Source: a virus
Direction: 5' to 3' (one strand)
DNA length: 64,000 nucleotides
IMG/VR virus record: IMGVR_UViG_3300027969_000047
In this document: positions 1 through 8,181 of the stretch, piece after piece
Layout of the letters: each line of letters begins with the position of its first letter
How positions within the stretch are numbered: position 1 is the stretch's first letter
Made by a program: the position numbers and the translations under genes
Notes under the pieces: generated by a model
What the model was told of the DNA's origin: nothing
Databases searched by the model: none
What the model saw: the letters and a program-made list of their open reading frames with translations, nothing else

Positions 1-57
1 CGAATTGATATTCGCATAATTCTTCAATACATCCATCGTGTTAGTGGACAATTTCAT
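1..57 (-). CDS. gp45: DNA polymerase sliding clamp, N-terminal fragment (continues beyond window)
   Basis: Manual translation MKLSTNTMDVLKNYANINS resembles the T4 gp45 N-terminus (MKLSxxTxxxLKNFAxINS); GGAG Shine-Dalgarno upstream. Confidence 0.85.
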   Translation of the reverse strand, partial: MKLSTNTMDVLKNYANINS

Positions 58-80
58 ATTTAACTCCATTCAAAAATAAC

Positions 81-109
81 ATTATAACAAACTATCTAAA
101 AAATTGCAA
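81..109 (-). promoter_or_regulatory. sigma70-type promoter for gp45
   Basis: TTGCAA-N17-TATAAT with TG extended -10 on the minus strand. Confidence 0.7.
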
Positions 110-703
110 CATGCTTTTGACTTCATTGCCTAAGTCTTGCACGGTACCATTGTTGTCAATCACATAATTGAATTCAGAACCAATCCAGTCCCATTCCGAT
201 TTGTGAATACCTTTATCTGCCATACCCATGATTGCAGATGAGAAACCTTGATTGGCATCTTCTGCAAGATAATACCAAACAGGCTCTGGTCCTCTTTTTA
301 CTCGAACAACAACTCCATTATTGTCTTGAATGTATTTGATTTCGTTTTGAAACCTAACATCAGTCACTACAACATCTTTGTTTTTTGCACGATTAAGAAG
401 AGATATTACCCACAGGTCTTGGTGAAAGACATTTCTACCAGCCTCAGTTCCCATCAGTTGCAATGCTAGTCTTGGTGTGAATTCATATCCAAATTTTTCA
501 CTCCAATATGAATCAGGTTTCTCACGCCAAGAACGGGAGACCTCGGTGTCACCTTCCAGTAACTCCCGAGGCCAACCGAACATGACAGCGACAGCATCTT
601 TTAAAGGTTTTGCAAAAGAATCTTTTATAAAACCTTGTTCAACTAATAAGTCACCGACTGTACCTTTACCTGAACCTATGAAACCGACTAACCCAATAAT
701 CAT
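92..703 (-). CDS. deoxynucleoside monophosphate kinase (T4 gp1-like)
   Basis: P-loop GFIGSGKGT, SFAKPLK, TPRLALQLMGTE, DVRFQNE and H-x-SE motifs. Confidence 0.9.
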   Translation of the reverse strand: MIIGLVGFIGSGKGTVGDLLVEQGFIKDSFAKPLKDAVAVMFGWPRELLEGDTEVSRSWREKPDSYWSEKFGYEFTPRLALQLMGTEAGRNVFHQDLWVISLLNRAKNKDVVVTDVRFQNEIKYIQDNNGVVVRVKRGPEPVWYYLAEDANQGFSSAIMGMADKGIHKSEWDWIGSEFNYVIDNNGTVQDLGNEVKSMLQFFR

Positions 704-1515
704 AGTTTGCCGGTAAGTTCAGCTACTTTAGGCATGTCACCAGTGAAAGCATATGTTCCAATGTGCTGAGTTTTCATCCATGGACACAACCAAATCTCAC
801 CACCCATCTTACGCCACATTTGACAGAACATGTAATCTTCTGAAAGATATCTGTCTGTACCACCACCAGTGATTGACTCTTTTGAATCGATTACTGTATC
901 GAAGTAAGCATGAATGTATCTTGAACCATCAAAGTTTGATTGCCCAACATGGTCTGGTTTGTATCTGATGTTTGGATATTCAACAGCCATCTTATCGAAC
1001 ACATGGCGTTTAACTAACATGTAGCCAGTACCAATCTCCATCACCTCAAGTGGTTCTGTTACTTGAAACTGTGAAGTTCCTTTCACGACATTGAAAACAT
1101 ATTCACCAACAAGTTTCTCTAGTTCACGAGGATTCATGTTAGGATGTTTACGAGCCGCCTCTGCAACATTACCCCAATTGATAGATTTCTTTGGGTATGG
1201 TCCACCAATAACATCTTTATCTAATGCTAACAGTGCAACCACATCTTCTGGATTGTAGTGTACATCAGAATCGATAAAAAGTAAGTGTGTGTAACCTGAG
1301 CGAAGAAATTCATCTACCAAATAATTTCTTGCACGAGTGATTAGTGATTCATTGAACAGAAAAGAAAACTTAGTTTCGATTCCATATTTACCTAATGTAG
1401 ATTGTAAGTCTAAACAGGATTTAATATACATCCCATGAGCCATACCTCCATACATTGGTGTCGCAATGAACACTTTGTGATTTTTCAAATCTTCAACTTT
1501 AACTTGTATTTCCAT
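700..1515 (-). CDS. GT-A fold glycosyltransferase-like protein
   Basis: IATPMYGG, SLITRARN, LLFIDSD (DxD motif), GTGYMLV and SEDYMFC motifs. Confidence 0.65.
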   Translation of the reverse strand: MEIQVKVEDLKNHKVFIATPMYGGMAHGMYIKSCLDLQSTLGKYGIETKFSFLFNESLITRARNYLVDEFLRSGYTHLLFIDSDVHYNPEDVVALLALDKDVIGGPYPKKSINWGNVAEAARKHPNMNPRELEKLVGEYVFNVVKGTSQFQVTEPLEVMEIGTGYMLVKRHVFDKMAVEYPNIRYKPDHVGQSNFDGSRYIHAYFDTVIDSKESITGGGTDRYLSEDYMFCQMWRKMGGEIWLCPWMKTQHIGTYAFTGDMPKVAELTGKL

Positions 1516-1530
1516 AATGTTCCTATGATA

Positions 1531-1568
1531 AAAAGAGGTGTCACTTTTATGTATGTGACACCTCTTTT
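1531..1568 (-). terminator. intrinsic terminator hairpin after the HTH gene
   Basis: AAAAGAGGTGTCAC-N10-GTGACACCTCTTTT perfect inverted repeat with T tracts. Confidence 0.75.
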
Positions 1569-1582
1569 ATTTTCAGGCTTTT

Positions 1583-1828
1583 TTAGGCAAAAGCACTAGA
1601 ACCCATAACTGCATATGCAGTTGCAACCATAGCACGAGTTGGATTACCCAAACGGTATGCGGTACCGTTTTTAGTTTTGTTGGTATAGATGCTGTAACCT
1701 TCTGCACGGAGTTCTTGAACACGAGCAGGCAATCTAGCAACACCAAAGCGGCTTTGAGCCTCTGATTCAGTCAGTGATTTTCCTGTGCTGAAAAACTGTA
1801 CCAATTTTTCGTTTTGTGATTTAGTCAT
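1583..1828 (-). CDS. small winged helix-turn-helix DNA-binding protein
   Basis: LTESEAQSRFGVARLPARVQELRAEGYSI pattern; start moved to ATG 1828 behind a GAGG SD. Confidence 0.7.
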   Translation of the reverse strand: MTKSQNEKLVQFFSTGKSLTESEAQSRFGVARLPARVQELRAEGYSIYTNKTKNGTAYRLGNPTRAMVATAYAVMGSSAFA

Positions 1829-1902
1829 AATTAACCTCATTAATGTAAGTCGCACTTTTCAAAGTATAACCTGAGAGGCGACATATCTCTCAAGATGTTA
1901 GT

Positions 1903-1940
1903 ATTATAATAGAAAAAGACCCTTTGGTCAAGGGTCTTTT
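1903..1940 (-). promoter_or_regulatory. sigma70 promoter overlapping the cobS terminator hairpin
   Basis: TTGACC-N17-TATAAT; the -35 lies in the hairpin AAAAGACCCTT-N5-AAGGGTCTTTT (1914-1940). Confidence 0.7.
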
Positions 1941-1962
1941 CGGTTAAGGTGTATTGTTTACC

Positions 1963-3159
1963 TTAGAAAGGAACTTCATCGCCTTTGTATGAAGGTGCAG
2001 TTGCCGTCACTTCAGGCACGGTGTTAGCCATGCTCACGCTTGCATCTACTTTGGTATACAAGTCAAGGAAGGATGCTTTCGTATCTTCATCGAAACGATT
2101 CAGGCAATACTGAATTGCTTTGAGTCGGTCACCAAAGATGCCATATGCTTTCGCAATATGCACAAGACGGCGAGTAGAAATCACTTCATCACAGCCACCA
2201 TCTTCAAAGGTTTTACGAACCGCATCAGCCCACACAACAAGGTTGTCAGCAAATTCATCATCGGCACGACCTTCACTCGCCAATTCTTTCTTAACGATTT
2301 TCTTTTCTACAGTGTTAGGAGCCCAACCTTGTTCGAAGGTAATTGGGAATCGTTCAAGGAAGGCTTCGTTCAGAACATTGGTGAACATGAAACGACCATC
2401 ATCTGAACCTTTACCTTTTGTATTTGCAGTAGCAATGATAGTGAAACCTGCGGCAGGCGCAATCACTTCATTTTTCTTCTTCAAAAGAAACGGCTTACCT
2501 TCAAGGACACGCTGAAGGCATGAAAGGTTCTGAGCACCATAGTCAATTTCATCGATACACAAAACGGCACCTTGGCGAGCCGCAACAGTCACAGGACCAT
2601 CACGCCATACCATCTCACCATTCATAAGAACATAGTTACCGAGCAAATCACTTTCATCGGTTTCAGGCGTCATTGAAATACAAACGAATTTGCGTTTCAG
2701 TTTAGCACACACTTGTTCAACGGACATGGTCTTGCCGTTACCAGATTGACCAGTGATAAACACAGGATAGAATTTATTCGAACCGATGATACGATTCAAA
2801 TCTTCAAAGTTACCAAAGGGAACATAATTTGAATACAGAGTAGGAACCAGATTCATCTGTTCCATGTCAGTGACAAGGTTTGTAATTTTTTGCATTGTAC
2901 TAGGTGCAGGTGATTGTACTGGCATCTGCAAAACTTGTGCAGTGAGATTCACTTTGGCAGTGGATGCTGGAGCCACAATCGTATTAGGAACTTTATACAA
3001 ACCACGACCAAGGCGGTTCTCTTCTTCTTTTGTAAACCACTGAGGAACTTTCATTCCGTTGGCATCACAAATGGTTTGAATTTCTTTAATTGTGATACTG
3101 GCTTGACCAGTAGCGGCAATCAAACTGAAAAACTTATCACGGTTATCACTTCTAGACAT
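1963..3159 (-). CDS. cobS: CobS-like MoxR-family AAA+ ATPase
   Basis: Walker A GQSGNGKT, Walker B LCIDEID, TANTKGKG, FLERF and ISTRRL motifs as in T4-like phage CobS. Confidence 0.9.
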   Translation of the reverse strand: MSRSDNRDKFFSLIAATGQASITIKEIQTICDANGMKVPQWFTKEEENRLGRGLYKVPNTIVAPASTAKVNLTAQVLQMPVQSPAPSTMQKITNLVTDMEQMNLVPTLYSNYVPFGNFEDLNRIIGSNKFYPVFITGQSGNGKTMSVEQVCAKLKRKFVCISMTPETDESDLLGNYVLMNGEMVWRDGPVTVAARQGAVLCIDEIDYGAQNLSCLQRVLEGKPFLLKKKNEVIAPAAGFTIIATANTKGKGSDDGRFMFTNVLNEAFLERFPITFEQGWAPNTVEKKIVKKELASEGRADDEFADNLVVWADAVRKTFEDGGCDEVISTRRLVHIAKAYGIFGDRLKAIQYCLNRFDEDTKASFLDLYTKVDASVSMANTVPEVTATAPSYKGDEVPF

Positions 3160-3183
3160 AATAAAAACCTTTCAACATCAACT

Positions 3184-3250
3184 AATCAAACTACAGTATA
3201 CCTCAAAACCTACCTTTTGTCAAGTCTTTTTTTGTTGTATTTTTACAACA
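3184..3250 (-). promoter_or_regulatory. early promoter with upstream palindrome (copy A)
   Basis: TGTTGTA-AAAA-TACAACA, 9 nt, TTGACA-N17-TATACT-GTAGTTTGATT. Confidence 0.8.
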
Positions 3251-5561
3251 CTGCAACTTGGTCGATAAATTTTGAGACTAGAACACGGCTCACTTGTTTC
3301 TTTTTAGAAAATTTCATAAAAGCGGTAGCAAGTTTATTGGAAGTAACTTTGCCTTCAACTTCAATAGAATTTTCTTCAACAGCCAATTCAGAGCCACCAG
3401 GAATCAAATAGAAACGGTTATAGCCTTTTGTATATGATTCAATAAACTTTTGCTTACGCATCAGTTTACCCAATTCACTAGCCTTCTCTTGTCTTTGTTG
3501 ATACTCATGTTCTGGAACATAACCATCTTTAAACAAGGTCTCACCTTTTTCATTGGCATAGTATCTGTACACTGCATTTTTAATGCCGCTAGTTTTTGGT
3601 GATGTTATGTAGAAACCAACAACTTTTGAATTGGTAGTCACTTGCAACATTTCCATAAGGCTAGCAGTCATGCCACGATAATCACGATTGTCAACTTTAA
3701 TCTGCATTTTGCTTTTTGGCTCACGCAAAATAACATTGTCACTTGACCTGAAGTTTTTCAAATGAGAACCATCGTGAACATGGTTGCATGAATCAGAATC
3801 ACCATCATGCAAAATAACAATGTTTGAAATTTCAATATTGTTCACTTTGTTGAAATTCTCAACAACAGGTTTCAATGCAACCAAAGCGGCATTCAAAGGA
3901 GTATTCGACAATGATTCACTGTCTGGTATACGAAGACTATTACGATAACCATTCGACTTTGTATATGAATGCATCAACATTACCAGAGCCATCATTGCTT
4001 TGTTAAACTCAGTGGAACTCATGCGAGAATTAATCATCTCACGCAGGAACACTTTGCTAAAATGCAAGTCACCATTATTCTCAGAAAATTGTTTGAATGC
4101 ATAAGTATCCCAAACATTTACTTTATCATTTGGAAAATCTAAATTACGAACACCAACTTCATCACCGAAGCCATATGCAACAAAAGGAATGTTCACTTTG
4201 CGGCAGAAGGAAACTAGAATCAATAACTGTTCAATAGTACCAGCCATGTTATCATGCATGGAGCCAGACTTGTCGAGCAACATCACTAGACCATGAGACT
4301 TGCCTTTTGGCACTCGCATAACCTTGCGGAAGATTTGGTCATCGATTTTGTAATTGTAGATTTTGCTAATATCAATATCACCAGTGTTCGACAATTTAGA
4401 TTTAGAAAACGATTTTGCGGCTTTACGCATTTCGAATTCTTTAGCTAACAAACCAATGTAACGGTCATTCTTAGAACGGAATTCATTCAACAATTTTTGA
4501 CCACTCAGATTAGGATAGAAATCTGAGTAGTGATTCAAAATCTGTTCATTAACTCGCTTGGCAGGTGTAACAATCTTATCCAAGTTTGCAGTTGGAACAT
4601 TTGCATACACATATTGTTTAGATTTTTCATCTAACAGAGAAGATTCATTACGGCGAAACTCTTCATCGGTTTTGCAAACTGGTTGCTTATACGATTCGGC
4701 AGATTCTTTATAACGATTGATGGCTGAACCAACATCGGACTCTTCAGATTCAGAATCATTTTCTTCATCGGAATCATCGAAGTCATAATCACCTTCACCA
4801 GAAGTTTCGGCTTCTGATTTATCTTCACCATCTTCATCACCGTAGTCGGAATCACCTTCATCGGAACCACCGAAGTCATCTTCCATTTCTTCAGAATCAA
4901 AATCATCTTCACTAGATTGTGATTCAGATTTTTCTTCATCGGCTTCTTCAGCCGCTTGTTTTTTTAATTTCTTAGCGGCTTCTTCATTAGCCTTGTTTTG
5001 CTCATCTTGAGAATAGCCGAAGATTTTTGTAGTAACCCGTTCAACATCTTCCCATGTTTCGCATGATTCTACTTCCTTGACCAACAAGGTTTCTTCATCA
5101 TTGAATTTGACAGGCAGAGTGTAACTAGATTTTGTATAGAGGTTCAGACGGTCGATAAAAAACAGACCATCGATTTCGTTTTCTTTAACACCAAAGAAAC
5201 CTTTTTTGAAAAGACCATGGTATGCATTGACAAACGATTTACGAAGACCAGGATAACGGCGTTTGATTTTCTTTTCGATACGGGCATCTTCAATCACATT
5301 CAGGAAGTGTCGAAAGTTTTTACCTTTTTTCGAAGTGGCAGTGTGCCAACCTTTTTCAGGTGTCTCTAATGCGTGACCAACTTCATGGCCCATCAAAAGG
5401 TCGTACAACTCGCCAGTCATTTCTTGCCAGATAGGGCAGGTCAATGTGCGAGATTTTAAATCAAAGGATGCGGTTTTTACAGGCGCATGTACAATTTGAA
5501 TGTCTTCATTAGCCATCAACTTGGCTAGTTGGGACTTAGACTCAACAGAAAAATTTGTCAT
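3243..5561 (-). CDS. CobT-like protein: N-terminal HEXXH metallopeptidase-like domain, acidic linker, C-terminal VWA domain
   Basis: HEVGH and EDARIE, long D/E/S tract, MIDAS DKSGSM, TPL and HDGDS; adjacent to cobS. Confidence 0.85.
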   Translation of the reverse strand: MTNFSVESKSQLAKLMANEDIQIVHAPVKTASFDLKSRTLTCPIWQEMTGELYDLLMGHEVGHALETPEKGWHTATSKKGKNFRHFLNVIEDARIEKKIKRRYPGLRKSFVNAYHGLFKKGFFGVKENEIDGLFFIDRLNLYTKSSYTLPVKFNDEETLLVKEVESCETWEDVERVTTKIFGYSQDEQNKANEEAAKKLKKQAAEEADEEKSESQSSEDDFDSEEMEDDFGGSDEGDSDYGDEDGEDKSEAETSGEGDYDFDDSDEENDSESEESDVGSAINRYKESAESYKQPVCKTDEEFRRNESSLLDEKSKQYVYANVPTANLDKIVTPAKRVNEQILNHYSDFYPNLSGQKLLNEFRSKNDRYIGLLAKEFEMRKAAKSFSKSKLSNTGDIDISKIYNYKIDDQIFRKVMRVPKGKSHGLVMLLDKSGSMHDNMAGTIEQLLILVSFCRKVNIPFVAYGFGDEVGVRNLDFPNDKVNVWDTYAFKQFSENNGDLHFSKVFLREMINSRMSSTEFNKAMMALVMLMHSYTKSNGYRNSLRIPDSESLSNTPLNAALVALKPVVENFNKVNNIEISNIVILHDGDSDSCNHVHDGSHLKNFRSSDNVILREPKSKMQIKVDNRDYRGMTASLMEMLQVTTNSKVVGFYITSPKTSGIKNAVYRYYANEKGETLFKDGYVPEHEYQQRQEKASELGKLMRKQKFIESYTKGYNRFYLIPGGSELAVEENSIEVEGKVTSNKLATAFMKFSKKKQVSRVLVSKFIDQVAVL

Positions 5562-5579
5562 AGTGTATTTATCTCAATC

Positions 5580-5619
5580 AATCAAACTACAGTATAGCAC
5601 ATTCGGCGGTGCTTGTCAA
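5580..5619 (-). promoter_or_regulatory. early promoter (copy B)
   Basis: TTGACA-N17-TATACT-GTAGTTTGATT, same downstream element as copies A and C. Confidence 0.75.
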
Positions 5620-5781
5620 GTAGTCAGAAAGTTGTTGTCTCAACTCAGGTTTCTGAGACAGAAGTTCACAAAGAAAAGTTTGAATACCTTGGCTTTCAAT
5701 CAATTCTACTACATCCATAGTTACAAACGATAGTTGCATTTCATCAACATCTATCAAGTCATTGAGGGAAGTAATCGGCAT
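5587..5781 (-). CDS. hypothetical protein
   Basis: 64-aa ORF with AAGGA SD downstream of promoter copy C. Confidence 0.6.
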   Translation of the reverse strand: MPITSLNDLIDVDEMQLSFVTMDVVELIESQGIQTFLCELLSQKPELRQQLSDYLTSTAECAIL

Positions 5782-5799
5782 ACAGTGTCCTTTTCGATT

Positions 5800-5866
5800 A
5801 ATCAGACTACAGTATACAACAGAACCGAGGTCCTGTCAAGTGTTTTTTTGTTGTATTTTTACAACA
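5800..5866 (-). promoter_or_regulatory. early promoter with upstream palindrome (copy C)
   Basis: TGTTGTA-AAAA-TACAACA, 9 nt, TTGACA-N17-TATACT-GTAGTCTGATT. Confidence 0.8.
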
Positions 5867-7444
5867 TCATGGCTTGTAAAATATGAAAATTGGTTCGTAT
5901 TTCAGCCACATATCACCTTTAATCTTACAGAAGTTTTTCGCTTTTGGCAAGCCAGTCTCTGTATCGATTCGATTACCACCTGGCATTTGTGCGAGTGCCA
6001 TTTTCAACTTACCTTGATACTGCATACCAAGACTTGTCAGAATGTCCATTGAGTCTTGCTCAAGTGGTAACATGTCACCATCGAAGACTGCATCTGCAAT
6101 GTTCCATAAAAGATATCTATCATTCTTCAAGTACTCTACACATGTTTCAAGTGTCTTACGAAGAAAACCTTCTCGCCACAAATCGTATTGAGAGAACTTT
6201 TTGTATGACTGTTCTTCATCTTCAGAGTAAGCCTCTTTCGCAAAGTATGGTGGTGAAGTAAAGATTAAGTCTAGCTTACCTTTGTACTTTTGAAACTTAG
6301 GGTCTTTGCTAATCTCTTCAGAGCCATGTTGAAAGATTTCGTATGTGTGTGTTTTTGGGTACAGTGTTCCTATTGCTCTTGTAGTTTTTGTATTAAAGAA
6401 GTCGGCGAACTCGTGATACTTTGTACGACCGATTGAGGTATCATGGTCTCTATTAGGGTCTGTTCCGATATAATGTATATTACGCTCATCGTCAATAGAC
6501 ATAGCGCCAAGCAAGCGCCCACCCCAACCAGAAGATGGGTCGTAAATATTGATTTGGTCTTGGTCTTTAAATTCATTAGTGTATCGTTCATAGAGATATT
6601 TCGCAGTCAATGGTGGAAAGTTTACAGCATATTGACAGAAAGAAACACGAAAGGCTTTCAATCCAACAGGAAAAAGTTTTTGTCCTTTTTCAAACATTCT
6701 AATTCTAAACATTTTTGCGTTTTTGTATTCGATGTTTGTAATGCAGTGTGCAGGTATTGGAAGAGTATCAATCTCATCACGGGTGAGTGTGATGTATTTG
6801 TTGTTCTTCAACTCTTCATTGTAACCAGTGTATTCTTTATCTTCTTCAGTCGATTCAAGCCAATAGTCATGCGTATCATATCCACGCCATTGAGTCTCAA
6901 AATGTTCAATGAATTCTTTTGCAGATTTTATTTGATTTGTGATTGAGCCAATTTTAATTATTGCACCAATCTGAACTGGTGTAGAGTAATGATAGAATGA
7001 ATCTCTCTTGAAGTGTCTGCTTGCATAAGTGACAAAAGTGTCAAGCAATTCATCTTTAGCAAAGTAATCGTAAATCGATTTACCTTTGTTCACATCTTTG
7101 GTATAGTTGATGCGAGTCTTCATCATTGTTGGGAACCACTGATTAACAGCATTGCCAATTACACTTGTGTTTCGAATCACATCTTCTTCACCTGTCAATA
7201 CATCTTTTACAAGAAATTCATTCACACGAAATGAAGTCATTTTATTGAATTGATTTACAATCTCATGCTCATCATAACCAACTCTAGGCGGTTGACCTTT
7301 CTCATCCCACAACTCAACAACAGTTTTACGAAGGTCGATTACCCATTGGCGAAATTCATCTTTGGTCATCCAAAGAACTTCTTCAAATGTCTTATTGACA
7401 TTCGATTCTATTAATTCTCGATTCTTCTCATAAAAATAATTCAT
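5867..7444 (-). CDS. SAM-dependent amino (N4-C/N6-A) DNA methyltransferase-like protein
   Basis: SAM-binding motif IYDPSSGWGGR, YIGTDPN, catalytic motif IV FTSPPY; likely start ATG 7444 overlapping the upstream stop (ATGA). Confidence 0.85.
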   Translation of the reverse strand: MNYFYEKNRELIESNVNKTFEEVLWMTKDEFRQWVIDLRKTVVELWDEKGQPPRVGYDEHEIVNQFNKMTSFRVNEFLVKDVLTGEEDVIRNTSVIGNAVNQWFPTMMKTRINYTKDVNKGKSIYDYFAKDELLDTFVTYASRHFKRDSFYHYSTPVQIGAIIKIGSITNQIKSAKEFIEHFETQWRGYDTHDYWLESTEEDKEYTGYNEELKNNKYITLTRDEIDTLPIPAHCITNIEYKNAKMFRIRMFEKGQKLFPVGLKAFRVSFCQYAVNFPPLTAKYLYERYTNEFKDQDQINIYDPSSGWGGRLLGAMSIDDERNIHYIGTDPNRDHDTSIGRTKYHEFADFFNTKTTRAIGTLYPKTHTYEIFQHGSEEISKDPKFQKYKGKLDLIFTSPPYFAKEAYSEDEEQSYKKFSQYDLWREGFLRKTLETCVEYLKNDRYLLWNIADAVFDGDMLPLEQDSMDILTSLGMQYQGKLKMALAQMPGGNRIDTETGLPKAKNFCKIKGDMWLKYEPIFIFYKP

Positions 7445-8181
7445 GCAACATTCCATATTAGGGCACCAGCAGTGCCATGTTCTTTAACGAAGGACCACAC
7501 TTTTGCATCATAACACACTTCCGATGGGTATGGGGGCAAATGTTCTAGCTTACATACTTGGTCAAACTTATATGGTGAACGATATGCTGTCGCTCTACCA
7601 ATCTCTCTCTCATTCATAACATGACCAGTCATTACAATGTTTACATTAGCATCTGGCCATGCCATTTGAAGACCTCTTGACAATGTACCTGAACTGGCAA
7701 CAGTCCATACTTCTTTTGGCACAATTGGCAAAGACTTTGCTACTTTAACTATTGATGCCAATACAGTTGGGTGTTCTAAACCTAGAGGAAGAATTCTACG
7801 ATTGATTGTATCTTCTTCATAGTATTTTTTTGCTTTTGACAAAGTGACATTTAGCATACCCATCTTCACCCAATGAATCGTTCCACCTAAGTCAAGAACT
7901 TTTTGTTGTTGCTCAGTTGGAGTTTTTCTTTCAGCCATGAAGAAGGTTGCTTTCTTTCCATATCTATTACAGACTGCTGTAAGTGAGATAGGACCCCAAC
8001 CAACTTTATTCGCACCACCAAAGACCCATTCAGTTGCAGGGTCTGTCTTAACCAAGTAATCAATGAATCTTACTTTGCTACCATACCCTAACAAGTCATC
8101 ACGAAGTACATTGAAACCTTCATGCAATTCAATAACTGGTTTTGGGTTTGGGTCTTGCCAATCTTCAAATGATTCTATCAT
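7441..8181 (-). CDS. PLP-dependent fold-type II enzyme (ACC deaminase/D-cysteine desulfhydrase-like)
   Basis: RDDLLGYGSKVR (PLP lysine), ASSGTLSRGL phosphate loop, YDAK motif. Confidence 0.75.
   Translation of the reverse strand: MIESFEDWQDPNPKPVIELHEGFNVLRDDLLGYGSKVRFIDYLVKTDPATEWVFGGANKVGWGPISLTAVCNRYGKKATFFMAERKTPTEQQQKVLDLGGTIHWVKMGMLNVTLSKAKKYYEEDTINRRILPLGLEHPTVLASIVKVAKSLPIVPKEVWTVASSGTLSRGLQMAWPDANVNIVMTGHVMNEREIGRATAYRSPYKFDQVCKLEHLPPYPSEVCYDAKVWSFVKEHGTAGALIWNVA

Noticed and set aside
4720-5000. Low-complexity TCATC/TCTTC-rich tract
   Set aside because: Explained by the Asp/Glu/Ser linker of the VWA protein.
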